This document shows, piece after piece, positions 22,687 to 32,404 of a stretch of 64,000 nucleotides of DNA (position 1 is its first letter; each line of letters opens with the position of its first letter). Below the pieces are notes generated by a model. The model did no database searches and was not told the DNA's origin. It was given only the letters and a program-made list of their open reading frames with translations. Source of the stretch: Chthoniobacterales bacterium (GTDB lineage Bacteria > Verrucomicrobiota > Verrucomicrobiia > Chthoniobacterales > UBA10450); the NCBI GenBank assembly GCA_038240025.1, contig JBBSED010000005.1, forward strand, positions 95,134 to 159,133, given 5' to 3'. Position numbers and translations under genes: made by a program.

Positions 22687-23562
22687 CTAACCCGGGACCG
22701 GCTCGGTCTCGTGCAACCGGCCGTAATCCACGATCAGTTTCCCCTCTGCGGTGAACTCGTAGATATCGACGAAGCGCTCGTTGAACCGGATGTCGCGGAC
22801 GCTGTAATCCTGCATGGACTGGACCGCGGCGGGGATGACCGTTTCAATGCAATTGAGCGAGACCACGAAACGCGCGTCGCTCGCGCGGAGCGACTCGAGC
22901 GTCTCGCCGTAGAGCGGGCTCGTCTCGTCGATGGTGTGCCGGACGGTGAGCGCGGTCGGGAAGACGATCAGGCGGTCGAAGTGGAGCTTCAGCATGTAGA
23001 ATTTCCGAAACTGATCATCCTCCAGGATCGCTTCGTCGCGGTTGAAATTAATCCGGAACTCCGCCTCGACCATGCTGTGGTTGCGCATGTTCGCCACCCG
23101 GATCATCAGCGTGGGCACGCCGTCGAAGGGCGCGATGACGATGTTCTTGCTGAACTCAACCCGCGCCGTCGGCCGGGAGAAGCGCACGAAGATGAGCCCG
23201 GTAATCACCGCGAGCCAGAACATCCCGACCATGATCTCGATCGTGGTCAGGAGATGGCCGTAAAGCGTCGCCGGGTAGGCATGTCCGTAGCCGACCGTGG
23301 CCAGCGTTTCCACACTGAAGAAAAAGGCCGCGAGCAAGGAACCGGGCTCGAGCCCATCGATGCAACGGCCGCCGATGGTGTAGAGCGCGGCGAAGAGGAG
23401 ATTGATCGCGAGGTAAACGCCCGCGATGAAGGCGGAGAACTGCGGCCAACTGAGCGAGAGCACCCAGTGATAAATGTCGCGCCATTCCCGCCGGCCGACG
23501 TTGATCTTGAGGAACTCGAACTGACCGACCTGCATTGAGACCGCGTGCGGTTTTTTCTTCAT
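22687..23562 (-). CDS. Inward-rectifier (Kir/KirBac-like) potassium channel
   Basis: Two TM helices, pore helix and selectivity filter TVGYG, plus a cytoplasmic Kir beta-rich domain. Confidence 0.7.
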   Translation of the reverse strand: MKKKPHAVSMQVGQFEFLKINVGRREWRDIYHWVLSLSWPQFSAFIAGVYLAINLLFAALYTIGGRCIDGLEPGSLLAAFFFSVETLATVGYGHAYPATLYGHLLTTIEIMVGMFWLAVITGLIFVRFSRPTARVEFSKNIVIAPFDGVPTLMIRVANMRNHSMVEAEFRINFNRDEAILEDDQFRKFYMLKLHFDRLIVFPTALTVRHTIDETSPLYGETLESLRASDARFVVSLNCIETVIPAAVQSMQDYSVRDIRFNERFVDIYEFTAEGKLIVDYGRLHETEPVPG

Positions 23563-23688
23563 GATGTGAGCCTGGCCCAGCGTCGCAACTTGGCGCGCAT
23601 TGAGGAGGTAAAGGAATTTCGTGCGCGCGTAAACCGGTCTGTTTCGCTGGACATTTCACTGTGGTTAAGAACTAATCATCGGCCTGTC

Positions 23689-24768
23689 ATGGCGGACGTG
23701 GAAACAAAGGGGGTCGAAAGCCGCGTCGTTTTCTCCAGTGGGGAAGACGCGTTCACGGTCCGCGATCTCATCGATGCCGCGCATTTCCGCGGCGAAGTGG
23801 CGCCGCTCTGGCGCGATCTCCTGCGCCTCGTCGCGGCGGAGGAAAAGGCGGACGCGCGCGAGCTCGAGATCGAAGACTCCGCGATCGACTCCGCGGCGGA
23901 ACAGTTTCGTTATCAGCACGACCTGATCACGGCGGAAGAAACGGAGCGCTGGCTGAGCGAACGCGGTCTCACCCTCGGAGATTTCGGGGCCTATTTCGTG
24001 CGCCATCATTGGGGCGAGACGGCGGAGGAAAGCGCGGCCGCGGCGGAGGATTATCTCGAAGCCTCCGCGGAAATGCGCGAGCTGCTCACGCTGGAATTGA
24101 TTCTGAACGGCGAGATCGAGCGCATGGCCGGCCGCTCGAGTTGGCGCGTCGCGGCGCGGCGCGCAGAGGGCGGCGGTGACGTCGCCGATGAATTGCTCAA
24201 CGCGGAGAAGGGCCGTTTCCTCGAGCGGAACGAACTGCCGCACGAGCAGGTGCCGGAATGGCTGGGCAAGCTTGAGCGCGATCACGCCTGGCTGCGCGAA
24301 CAGCTTGCGACCGAGGCGGTTTACCAGCGCACCACCGACGCGCTCCTCACCCGCGAAGCGCGCGCCCACGAAGTCTCGGCGCTCCGGTTGCCGCTCACGC
24401 TTTTCGAGGTCGAGACGATCGAGTTTGATTCGCTCGACGCCGCGCGCGAGGCGCTCCTCTGCGTGCGCACGGATGGCATGGAGATGCAGGCCGTGGCCGA
24501 GGAAGGCCGCTATCCCTACCGGCACGCGGAGATTTTGCTGGAGGATGTCCCGGAAGATTTGCAGCAGAAATTCCTCAGCGTCACGCCCGGCAGCGTGCTC
24601 GAACCGATCACTCGCGGCGATGGTTTCCACCTCTGCCGGATCATCGCCAAGGCGGAGCCAAACGTGGACGACCCGATCGTGAAAACCCGGGCGGAGGAGC
24701 GCATCCTCGATCGGCATTTCGGCGAGCTCTGCGCCCAGCACGTGCAATGGAAAAATCTTCTCCCCTAA
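23689..24768 (+). CDS. Hypothetical acidic protein, possibly with a C-terminal parvulin-like fold; first gene of the peptide-export operon
   Basis: Stop 4 nt before the peptidase-ABC start; family not recognised; stop TAA lies inside a motif variant. Confidence 0.3.
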   Translation: MADVETKGVESRVVFSSGEDAFTVRDLIDAAHFRGEVAPLWRDLLRLVAAEEKADARELEIEDSAIDSAAEQFRYQHDLITAEETERWLSERGLTLGDFGAYFVRHHWGETAEESAAAAEDYLEASAEMRELLTLELILNGEIERMAGRSSWRVAARRAEGGGDVADELLNAEKGRFLERNELPHEQVPEWLGKLERDHAWLREQLATEAVYQRTTDALLTREARAHEVSALRLPLTLFEVETIEFDSLDAAREALLCVRTDGMEMQAVAEEGRYPYRHAEILLEDVPEDLQQKFLSVTPGSVLEPITRGDGFHLCRIIAKAEPNVDDPIVKTRAEERILDRHFGELCAQHVQWKNLLP

Positions 24769-24772
24769 CGAA

Positions 24773-27700
24773 ATGAAGGCGACCGACGACACCCTCCTGC
24801 GGCGCGCGGCCCTCTTCCAGTTTCTCTCCGACGACCATTTCGAACAGCTGCGCGCGCTCCTGCACGAGGAACACTACGAGTTTGGCGACATCATCGTTAG
24901 GCAAGGCGAGCCGGCGGACGCGTTTTATATTCTTCTCTCCGGCCGCGCCCGGGTGGTGAAGGCCGACCAAAACGGCACCGAAGTGGTGCTCGCGAGCGTG
25001 AAGCCGGGCGATAGTTTCGGCGAAGCCGCGCTCGCCGAAGGCGGCACCCGCAACGCCACCGTCCGTTGCAGCACCGGCGTGGAAGCGCTCCGGCTCGATC
25101 GCGCGGATTTCCTCCAGGTGGTCGAGGAAAATCCGGAGCTGAAACAGCATCTCGAGATCACCGCGCGGCATCGCGCGCTCCACGGTTTTCTTTACCAGTT
25201 CAGCAATTTCGGCCGGTTGCCCGTGCCGGCCTTGCGCAGCTTGATCGAGAAGCTCCGACCGGTCGAAGTGGCGAAGGGGCGCGCCATCATCCAGCAGGGC
25301 GACGCCCCCGGCGCGATGTTCATTCTCGAAAAAGGGCGCGCCCGCGCGTTCGCGCAAAATAACGGGTCGACGAAGAATCTCGCCTTCTATCGCGATGGCG
25401 ACTTCTTCGGTGAGCTCTCAATTCTCAAAGGCACGCCCCGCTCCGCCTCGGTGGAGGCATTCAGCGATTGCCGGCTGCTCGCGCTCGAGCCGGCGGCGGT
25501 GCGCGACCTGAAGAAGAACTATCCGGAATTTGGCCAGCTGATGGAAGAACGGCTCGCCCAATACGAGGCAAAAACGGAGGCGCGCGTCCCGCTCGATTTC
25601 GATACCGAGATGCTCCCGGCCGCGAGCACGACGCACGACAAAGTCGCGCTCGACGAGAACGCGGCGAAGCGGAGCGACGACGCCACCGCACCCTTCGCGG
25701 AAGAGGGCGGGCTCTTCCGGAAAAGCAAAAAGCGGATCCGCAAAATCGAAGCGATCGAGCAGATCGACGAGATGGATTGCGGCGCTGCGAGCCTCGGGAT
25801 GATCTGCCGGCATTTCGGCCGCAAAGTCTCGCTCTCGCGGATCCGCCAGCTCTGCCACACCTCGACCGACGGCACGAGTTTGAAGGCGCTTTGCCGCGCT
25901 GCGACCGAGCTCGGGCTCGCGGCGCGCGCGCTCAAGGTGTCGCTGCGCAATCTCAACGTCATGCCGCTGCCGGCCATCATCCACTGGGAGGGCAACCACT
26001 GGATGGTGCTCTACGACGTGCAGCCGGCGTTCGTGAAAGTCGCCGATCCCGCGCGCGGCTTGCGCAAGATTCCGCGCAAAGAATTCGAGCAGAACTGGTC
26101 CGGCTACGCCGCGCTTTTCGATTACACGACGGCCTTCGAGAGCGCACCGGAAAGCAAGGCGTCGTTCGCGTGGATGTGGCCGTTCCTGGCGAAATTCAAA
26201 GTCATTTTCGCGCAGGTGATGCTCCTCGCGGTCGCGATCACGGTCCTCGAGCTGCTCTTCCCGATCTTTACCGAGATGGTGGTCGACAAGGTGATCGTCG
26301 AGAAAGACGTCGGCCTCCTCAAGATCATTCTGCTCGGGATGGGCGCGGCGCTTTTCTTCGTCACCGCTGCTTCGCTTGCGCAGGAATTTCTCCTCTCCTT
26401 CGCCGCCGTGCGGCTGGACACGGCGATCCTCGATTTCCTGAGCCGGCAGATGCTTTCGCTGCCGATGACTTATTTCACCACCCGGCGCACGGGCGACATC
26501 CAGCGGCGGCTCGATGGCGCGCGGCAGGTCCGGCAATTTGCCGTGCAGCACGGCATCGGCGCCATCCTCGCCCTCGTCCAGCTCGCGGGCGCTCTCGGAC
26601 TCATGGTCATCTACAGCCCGTCGCTCATGTTCGCCTTTCTCGCGACCACCCCGCTCTATCTCGGGCTGATGTATTTCTCGCAAAAGGTCCTGCGCCCGCT
26701 CTTCGCCGGCGTCGAGGAGAGCCAGGGGAAATATTCCTCGCACCAGATCGACGCGATCAAGGGGATCGAAGCGGTCAAAGCCGCCGCCGCGGAATCGGTC
26801 TTCCGCGACATGATGTTGAACGAGTTCCTCTCCGTTTCGAAAAAGCTCTTCCGGAGCAGCTTCATCGTCATGACCTACGACAGCGTGATGCAAAGCATCG
26901 GCATGATCTCGACCGCCGTTTTCCTCTGGGTCGGCGCGAACCAGGTGATGAACGGCGCGCTCTCGATCGGCGGCTTCGTCGCCTTCAGCTCGCTCACCGC
27001 GATGGCCTACAGCGGGATCATGCGAACGTTGGGCGTCTGGGATAATCTGCAGTTCGCGACCGTTTTGCTGAACCGGTTAAACGACGTCTTCGAGCAGGAA
27101 CCGGAGCAGGGTCGCGACCGTTCCCGCCTCACGCCGGTACACAGTCTCGAAGGGCGGATCGAATTAAAAAATGTCAGCTTCAAATACGGTGGGCCGGAAG
27201 CGCCGAACATTCTCGCCAACGTCACACTCGACCTCGCGCCCGGAAAAATGGTCGCGTTCGTCGGCCGGAGCGGTTGCGGCAAGACAACGCTGATCAAGCT
27301 CATTGCCGGTCTGCTCGAGCCGACGGAAGGGACGATCCTCTTCGATCACGTCGACCTGAAAACGCTCAACTACCGCGACGTGCGGCGACACATCGGGATG
27401 GTTTTACAGGAGAACCACATCTTCAACGAATCGATCGCGCGCAACATCGCTTTCGGCGACGCCGAGCCCGATCTCGACCGCGTCCTGGTCGCGGCGCAGG
27501 CGGCGGCAGCGCACGATTTCATCATGCGGTTGCCGATGGGTTACGAGACCAAGATCGGCGAATCCGGACTCTCCCTTTCCGGCGGACAAAAACAGCGGGT
27601 CGCGATCGCGCGCGCGATCTACAACAACCCGCCAGTGTTGATTTTCGACGAAGCCACCAGCGCCCTCGACACCGAATCGGAGCGTGCGATCCAGGATAAT

Positions 27701-27883
27701 CTCGGACGTTTGACCGCCGGCCGGACCACGATCGTGATCGCGCACCGCCTGAGCACGATCCGCGAAGCCGACGCCATCGTCGTTCTGGAAAAAGGCTCCG
27801 TCGCCGAGGTCGGCAACCATGACCAGCTGATGGCGCAGCGCGGTCTCTATTTCTACCTCAGCAGCCAGCAGCTGGGGATTTAA
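24773..27883 (+). CDS. Peptide-export ABC transporter: two N-terminal cNMP-binding domains + C39 double-glycine peptidase + permease + ATPase
   Basis: cNMP phosphate-binding cassettes (FGEAALAEGGTRNATV, FGELSILKGTPRSASV), C39 catalytic Cys (MDCGAASLGMI) and His (EGNHWMVLYD), 6 TM helices, Walker A GRSGCGKTT, signature LSGGQKQR. Confidence 0.8.
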   Translation: MKATDDTLLRRAALFQFLSDDHFEQLRALLHEEHYEFGDIIVRQGEPADAFYILLSGRARVVKADQNGTEVVLASVKPGDSFGEAALAEGGTRNATVRCSTGVEALRLDRADFLQVVEENPELKQHLEITARHRALHGFLYQFSNFGRLPVPALRSLIEKLRPVEVAKGRAIIQQGDAPGAMFILEKGRARAFAQNNGSTKNLAFYRDGDFFGELSILKGTPRSASVEAFSDCRLLALEPAAVRDLKKNYPEFGQLMEERLAQYEAKTEARVPLDFDTEMLPAASTTHDKVALDENAAKRSDDATAPFAEEGGLFRKSKKRIRKIEAIEQIDEMDCGAASLGMICRHFGRKVSLSRIRQLCHTSTDGTSLKALCRAATELGLAARALKVSLRNLNVMPLPAIIHWEGNHWMVLYDVQPAFVKVADPARGLRKIPRKEFEQNWSGYAALFDYTTAFESAPESKASFAWMWPFLAKFKVIFAQVMLLAVAITVLELLFPIFTEMVVDKVIVEKDVGLLKIILLGMGAALFFVTAASLAQEFLLSFAAVRLDTAILDFLSRQMLSLPMTYFTTRRTGDIQRRLDGARQVRQFAVQHGIGAILALVQLAGALGLMVIYSPSLMFAFLATTPLYLGLMYFSQKVLRPLFAGVEESQGKYSSHQIDAIKGIEAVKAAAAESVFRDMMLNEFLSVSKKLFRSSFIVMTYDSVMQSIGMISTAVFLWVGANQVMNGALSIGGFVAFSSLTAMAYSGIMRTLGVWDNLQFATVLLNRLNDVFEQEPEQGRDRSRLTPVHSLEGRIELKNVSFKYGGPEAPNILANVTLDLAPGKMVAFVGRSGCGKTTLIKLIAGLLEPTEGTILFDHVDLKTLNYRDVRRHIGMVLQENHIFNESIARNIAFGDAEPDLDRVLVAAQAAAAHDFIMRLPMGYETKIGESGLSLSGGQKQRVAIARAIYNNPPVLIFDEATSALDTESERAIQDNLGRLTAGRTTIVIAHRLSTIREADAIVVLEKGSVAEVGNHDQLMAQRGLYFYLSSQQLGI

Positions 27884-27897
27884 CCTTCCGCCTAACG

Positions 27898-29079
27898 ATG
27901 CCTAACGAACTCATGCAGCCAGGGTCGATCGACAAGGAATCGGAGATGCTCCCGCAGGATCCACCGCCCTGGTTCGTCCGCTCGGCCGCGTGGCTCATGG
28001 TCTCGATGTTCGGGGTCGCGCTCCTCGCCTCGGTGCTGGTGAAGCTGCCGGAAACGGTCAGTTGTCCCTTCGTGCTCACCTCGGCTTCGGGCGCCGATCC
28101 GATTCAATCGCCCCGCCTCGCCGTCGTGGACAAGGTCTGCGTCACCGAAGGGCAAACCGTCCGCAAGGCCGCGCCGCTCTTCCTCCTCCGCTCCGATGAG
28201 ATCCGTGGCATGGACACGGATCAACGCACCCTCACCGAAGATCTCCACACGCACGAGGAAGGCTTGGCGAAAGCAGACGCGGCTTTCGCGGCGCAGCTCG
28301 AGATCAAGACCGCCGAGATCGCGCAGGCGGAAAGCGAAGTCGGCTTCCGCGAAAAGCATTCCGCCACCAGCCGCGACCTCGTCGAGCGGATGAACAAGTT
28401 GACCAAAAACGGCGGCATCTCCAAGGTCGAAGTGCTCCGTTATCAACTCGAATCGGCTGAATCCGACAAGGACCTGAGCGTCGCGCAACGGACCGTGCAG
28501 CAGGTCGGCCTCGAGCTCACGCAGCTCAAGAATGAACACGCCCGCGCGCACGACGAAAACGTGGCCGAGATCGAAAAACTGAAGGTCCGCCTGAGCGCGC
28601 TGCGGGGAGACTTGGAAAATTCTAAACAAAATGTCCTCACCGTCCGAGCGCCCTACGACGCCGTGGTCATCTCGCTCGCGCAGCGCAACGCGGGGAGCGT
28701 GGTCCAAAACGGCCAGGAGCTTTGCCAGCTTTCCGCGACCGATTCGAAACCGCGTGCCCGCCTCGTGGTCGGCGAAGCGGGACTTCCAAAACTGGCGAGT
28801 GGCCAGACCGTGCGCCTTTTCTTCGACGCGTTCCCCTACCAGCGCTACGGCGTCGTCTCCGCTAAGCTGGACTGGATTAGTCCCGCGGCGGTCGCCTCCA
28901 CGGACGGGCCGCAGTTCATCGGGCTCGCCTCGCTCGATGCCAGCTCCGCGGGCCGGCGTCGTCCGCTCGCCGTGCGCGTTGGCATGACGGGCGAAGCGCG
29001 CATCGTGGTCGGCCAGCGCACGATCATGGAATACGCTTTCGAGCCAATCCGCCAGTTGCGCGAGAACGTGCGCGACTAA
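27898..29079 (+). CDS. HlyD-family secretion (membrane fusion) protein
   Basis: N-terminal TM, long coiled-coil, C-terminal beta domain; start ATGCCTAACGA overlaps two motif copies. Confidence 0.7.
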   Translation: MPNELMQPGSIDKESEMLPQDPPPWFVRSAAWLMVSMFGVALLASVLVKLPETVSCPFVLTSASGADPIQSPRLAVVDKVCVTEGQTVRKAAPLFLLRSDEIRGMDTDQRTLTEDLHTHEEGLAKADAAFAAQLEIKTAEIAQAESEVGFREKHSATSRDLVERMNKLTKNGGISKVEVLRYQLESAESDKDLSVAQRTVQQVGLELTQLKNEHARAHDENVAEIEKLKVRLSALRGDLENSKQNVLTVRAPYDAVVISLAQRNAGSVVQNGQELCQLSATDSKPRARLVVGEAGLPKLASGQTVRLFFDAFPYQRYGVVSAKLDWISPAAVASTDGPQFIGLASLDASSAGRRRPLAVRVGMTGEARIVVGQRTIMEYAFEPIRQLRENVRD

Positions 29080-29088
29080 CCAGCCGCC

Positions 29089-30087
29089 ATGCTGCGCCCG
29101 CTTTCCAAGCTCAAGATCGAGGACATCGCGACCACGAACCCCGCGATGGCGCGCTGCCTGAAGCTCGCGCAACTCGCCGCCACTTCCGACGTGCCGGTCG
29201 TCTTGTTAGGCGAAACTGGGACCGGCAAAACCCTGCTGGCCCACGCGATCCACAATTCCTCCGGTCGCGCCGAGCGCCCGTTCGTCGCCTTCAACGCCTC
29301 CGCGATGAGCGACACCTTGATCGAGAGCCAGCTCTTCGGGCATGAGCGCGGCGCCTTCACCGGCGCGCAAACGACCGTGAAAGGGAAATTCGAGCTCGCC
29401 AGCCAGGGCACGCTTTTCCTCGACGAAATCGCGGACATGAGCCCGCTCGCGCAGGTAAAGATCCTGCGCGTGCTCGAGTACGGCGAATTCGAGCGCGTCG
29501 GCTCCGAGCACATGCTCACCTGCGACGTGCGGATCATCTGCGCGACCAACTGTTCGCTGCGCGACCGCGTGCGCCAGGGCAAATTCCGCGAAGACCTCTA
29601 CCATCGCTTGAACGGACTCACCCTGCTCATCCCTTCCCTGCGCGACCGGAGCGAAGAGCTCCCCGCGCTCATCGCCGCCGAGCTGCGTGCGTCCGCCCGG
29701 AACGAGGGGAAAAAGATCACCGCCATTCATCCCGCGGCGATGGGCAAGCTGCTCACCTACGATTGGCCGGGCAACCTGCGCGAGCTCAATCACACCGTGC
29801 GCACGATGACGCTCTTCTGCGATGGGCGCGTCATTCTTCCCGAGCACGTCGTTTTTCCCCCGGATTTGCAAACCAGCGAACCTGAACCGCTCCCCGCCGT
29901 CGCTCCTGCGCCGGACGAAAACGGCAGCGAACCGCCCCCCGATGATTTTTCCCTTGCCACCGCGCTAGCGCGTCACGTCGCCTCGGTCTATGAACAGACG
30001 GGACGGAACCAGCGCCAGACCGCGCGCCGGCTGGGCATCTCCCGCGCCACGCTCGCCCGGCACCTGCGAAAGATGAGTCAAAAGTGA
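29089..30087 (+). CDS. Sigma-54-dependent transcriptional activator (AAA+ and HTH domains only, no receiver)
   Basis: Walker A GETGTGKT, GAFTGA, ELPALI... and C-terminal Fis-type HTH (RRLGISRATL). Confidence 0.8.
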   Translation: MLRPLSKLKIEDIATTNPAMARCLKLAQLAATSDVPVVLLGETGTGKTLLAHAIHNSSGRAERPFVAFNASAMSDTLIESQLFGHERGAFTGAQTTVKGKFELASQGTLFLDEIADMSPLAQVKILRVLEYGEFERVGSEHMLTCDVRIICATNCSLRDRVRQGKFREDLYHRLNGLTLLIPSLRDRSEELPALIAAELRASARNEGKKITAIHPAAMGKLLTYDWPGNLRELNHTVRTMTLFCDGRVILPEHVVFPPDLQTSEPEPLPAVAPAPDENGSEPPPDDFSLATALARHVASVYEQTGRNQRQTARRLGISRATLARHLRKMSQK

Positions 30088-30192
30088 ACCGTGAACCGGA
30101 TCAGGAATGCGACGCGACAGTTTCACAACGAGACCGGCTGGGAAAGGCACCTCCGAGCCGGCCAAAGTCTTTTTCAGAAACTTTCGCCTTGT

Positions 30193-30262
30193 CGTTAGAT
30201 CCCCAGTTACCTATGAAAACATGGCCCGTAACCCTGCGCGACGCTCGTTCGTTAGATGGGGA
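30193..30262 (+). promoter_or_regulatory. Candidate enhancer/promoter region of the small-peptide operon
   Basis: CGTTAGA-TCCCCA ... CGTTAGA-TGGGGA (direct 7-mers with inverted 6-mers) flank a weak -24/-12-like TGGCCC-N6-CTGCG; spacing off consensus by 1. Confidence 0.25.
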
Positions 30263-30303
30263 AACCGGGCCCCGGCATGGATCATGATAAGAGGACGGCG
30301 AAC

Positions 30304-30498
30304 GTGAGTACGGCGAAGGACAAAAAAGCAGCGGCGGCGGGGGATTCTTCGATTCCCAAGCCGAAACGCGGCAAAGAAAAATTGATCAAGCTCGATGATC
30401 TAATCCCGAAAGGGAACGTCTCGGGCGGGAGACAATTGCTCTTCGGCGCCACGGACATCAACACAACAACAACAACCAAAAACAAAACAAGGAGATAG
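30304..30498 (+). CDS. Small conserved protein A1 with a double-glycine-leader-like motif (…KLIKLDDLIPKGNVSGG RQLLFGATDI…)
   Basis: GTG start with AAGAGGA RBS; paralog A2 differs mainly at synonymous sites (purifying selection). Confidence 0.55.
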   Translation: MSTAKDKKAAAAGDSSIPKPKRGKEKLIKLDDLIPKGNVSGGRQLLFGATDINTTTTTKNKTRR

Positions 30499-30503
30499 CT
30501 CAT

Positions 30504-30677
30504 ATGGCTCAGAAAAAAGAAGTACAAGTCAAAGACCTGAAACCGAAAAAAGACGCCAAAGGCGGCGTGGGCGCGCGGCAGCAAACCAACACCAGCCGCA
30601 GCCAGACGAATCGCGGCACCCACCAGGCCGATTCGAGTCGTGGCAACGCCAACGGCGCGACCCGCGGCCTCCTGTAA
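30504..30677 (+). CDS. Small peptide P1 (57 aa, not in the ORF track): leader MAQKKEVQVKDLKPKKDAKGG, then a Gln/Thr/Asn/Arg-rich Cys-free core
   Basis: Strong RBS AAGGAGA 8 nt upstream of the ATG; paralogous to P2 and P3. Confidence 0.6.
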   Translation: MAQKKEVQVKDLKPKKDAKGGVGARQQTNTSRSQTNRGTHQADSSRGNANGATRGLL

Positions 30678-30756
30678 GGATTACCATCGGACAGCCGACC
30701 CGCGGTCCGAACCCGCGCGGCAGTCCACCTCTCCCTGGTTAGGAGTAATCAAAGAG

Positions 30757-30787
30757 CCGCAGGCGACCGTTTCGCCGGCGGCTTTTT
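30757..30787 (+). terminator. Rho-independent terminator after P1 (also closes convergent nlpC-like gene)
   Basis: 10-bp stem CCGCAGGCGA/TCGCCGGCGG (one mismatch), loop ccgtt, followed by CTTTTTCGATTT. Confidence 0.6.
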
Positions 30788-30791
30788 CGAT

Positions 30792-31316
30792 TTAGAGACC
30801 GGCCGGATGCCGGGACTCGAAGCCGCGCGGCGGACGGTTGTTTGGATGCCAGCGCGGCGCGTCGCGATCGTCGCGGCTATTCCAGGCCGTCGTATCCAGG
30901 CGCAGGCCGGCGATGACGGCGTAAGCATGGCCGTTCCGCGCGTAAACGGTGATCCATTTGCCGCGACCATGCTGACCGTAGCGAACCAGGTCGTTCGAGC
31001 TCATCGGTAACCGCAATAAACCCGCTGCCGCCAGCGCATAGGAAACCGTGCCGGAGCAGTCGTAGCCGCTATCGAGAAAAGACCGATGCCCGCCGCCGTA
31101 CCGGTACGGCCGTTTGCGCAATTCATTCGCGGCCCAGATCGCGCGCTTCACCGCCAGCGGCGCCTTGTCCGGGGCGCAGGCCACCCCGTGGCGGAGCTGC
31201 GCGACCTGTCCCGGCACCGTCGGCCCGCGGGTCGGGAAGGGATTCTCCGCCAGCGCGGGTGCTGCTCCAAAAACGAAAAGGTTGAGAATGACGCCGATGC
31301 GTCGCAATAACTTCAT
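30792..31316 (-). CDS. Secreted NlpC/P60-family cysteine peptidase
   Basis: Signal peptide; YRYGGGH...GYDCSGTVSYAL (catalytic Cys) ... NGHAYAVIAG (His). Confidence 0.6.
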   Translation of the reverse strand: MKLLRRIGVILNLFVFGAAPALAENPFPTRGPTVPGQVAQLRHGVACAPDKAPLAVKRAIWAANELRKRPYRYGGGHRSFLDSGYDCSGTVSYALAAAGLLRLPMSSNDLVRYGQHGRGKWITVYARNGHAYAVIAGLRLDTTAWNSRDDRDAPRWHPNNRPPRGFESRHPAGL

Positions 31317-31422
31317 ACTTTTCCAGTAGCCGTTGGCGTGCCAGCCGGGGCCACTGGATTAAACGACGCGCGGAAGTTTTCGACGTTTCTCGCTTTCCGC
31401 GCAACCCTTTCCGCTGCAGCCA

Positions 31423-31700
31423 ATGGAAAAAGAGCAAATCGTCGAGGTTCTCGAAACCATCGCGACCCTGCTCGACCTCCAGAAGAGAACCCGTACAAGA
31501 TGCGCGCCTACACGAACGGAACTGCGGCGAGAAGCCGCGGCGGCCGGCCGGCTCCCGCACTGTTGTCGCCATCAACGCCTCCGCCATGAGCGATACCCTG
31601 ACCGAGTGCCAGCTCTTCGGCCACGAACGCGGGTCACCAACGCCGGAGCGCGCGAAGGTTAGGCAGCTCGCGCGCAACCCTGGCACGGCACTTACAGAAA
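31423..31700 (+). pseudogene. Duplication-junction remnants: 5' fragment of polX fused to internal and 3' fragments of the sigma-54 activator gene
   Basis: MEKEQIVEVLETIATLLDLQ... matches the polX N-terminus (33254..); ...VAINASAMSDTLTECQLFGHER... and ...RHLQKLNQK* match the activator at ~29290 and ~30060. Confidence 0.6.
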
Positions 31701-31929
31701 CTTAATCAAAAGTGAGCCAAAAGGTTGGGACGAATCGATGCCAAGGAGCGAAACAATGAGACCGACTCGACTCTACCCGGAGAAGTCCTGCCAAACTATT
31801 TTCGCAATTTTTTCGCCGTCATACGCTGCTTAATGCAGAGGGAAGCGAACCCCATCGGACGGGATCGTTAGGCCATGACAAGGCCAGCAAAATGGCCCCG
31901 GCACAGAAGATGATAAGGAGAAGACAACC

Positions 31930-32112
31930 GTGAGTACGCCGAAGAACAAAAGAGCCGCCTTCGCGGGGGAATCTGAGATTCCCCGCAGAAGCGGCAAAGC
32001 AAAATTGCTCCGGCTCGATGACGTCATTCCCAAAAAGAATGTCGCGGGCGGGCGGCGGTTGCTCTTCGGCGCGACTGACATCGACCCAACAACCAACAGA
32101 AAAAGGAGTTAG
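31930..32112 (+). CDS. Small conserved protein A2 (paralog of A1; …KLLRLDDVIPKKNVAGG RRLLFGATDI…)
   Basis: GTG start, RBS GATAAGGAG. Confidence 0.55.
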   Translation: MSTPKNKRAAFAGESEIPRRSGKAKLLRLDDVIPKKNVAGGRRLLFGATDIDPTTNRKRS

Positions 32113-32117
32113 TTATT

Positions 32118-32291
32118 ATGGCTACAGACAAGAAAAAAGAAGTGAAGATGAAAGACCTCAAGCCCAACAAAGACGCCAAAGGCGGCGTGGCTCGTCAAAC
32201 CAACACCCAGAAGGGCAACGTGAATCGCGCGGGCGGTCAGACGAACAAGCTCGGTTCCGACGATCCCATTATAATCAACAAGAATCGATAG
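32118..32291 (+). CDS. Small peptide P2 (57 aa, not in the ORF track): leader MATDKKKEVKMKDLKPNKDAKGG
   Basis: RBS AAAAGGAG; paralog of P1. Confidence 0.6.
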   Translation: MATDKKKEVKMKDLKPNKDAKGGVARQTNTQKGNVNRAGGQTNKLGSDDPIIINKNR

Positions 32292-32404
32292 CGATTACCG
32301 CCCGGGACGGGTATCCGCCCGTGGCGCCTCCCAGGCAGGCGCTCGGCGGTCCAAACCCGCTCGACTCCACTAAAAAAACCTCAAACAACCGAAAGAAAAA
32401 AACT

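Noticed and set aside
25418-29871. Alternative-frame ORFs 25418..26893 -, 25468..27045 +, 27892..29172 -, 29206..29871 - inside the ABC-transporter, HlyD and sigma-54 activator genes
   Set aside because: Same reasoning. The annotated frames carry Walker, C39, cNMP-binding and GAFTGA motifs.
30088-31930. Firm sigma-54 -24/-12 promoter calls upstream of A1 and A2
   Set aside because: Only off-consensus candidates (GG-N10-GC spacing wrong by one) were found by eye. They are listed as low-confidence regulatory hints only.
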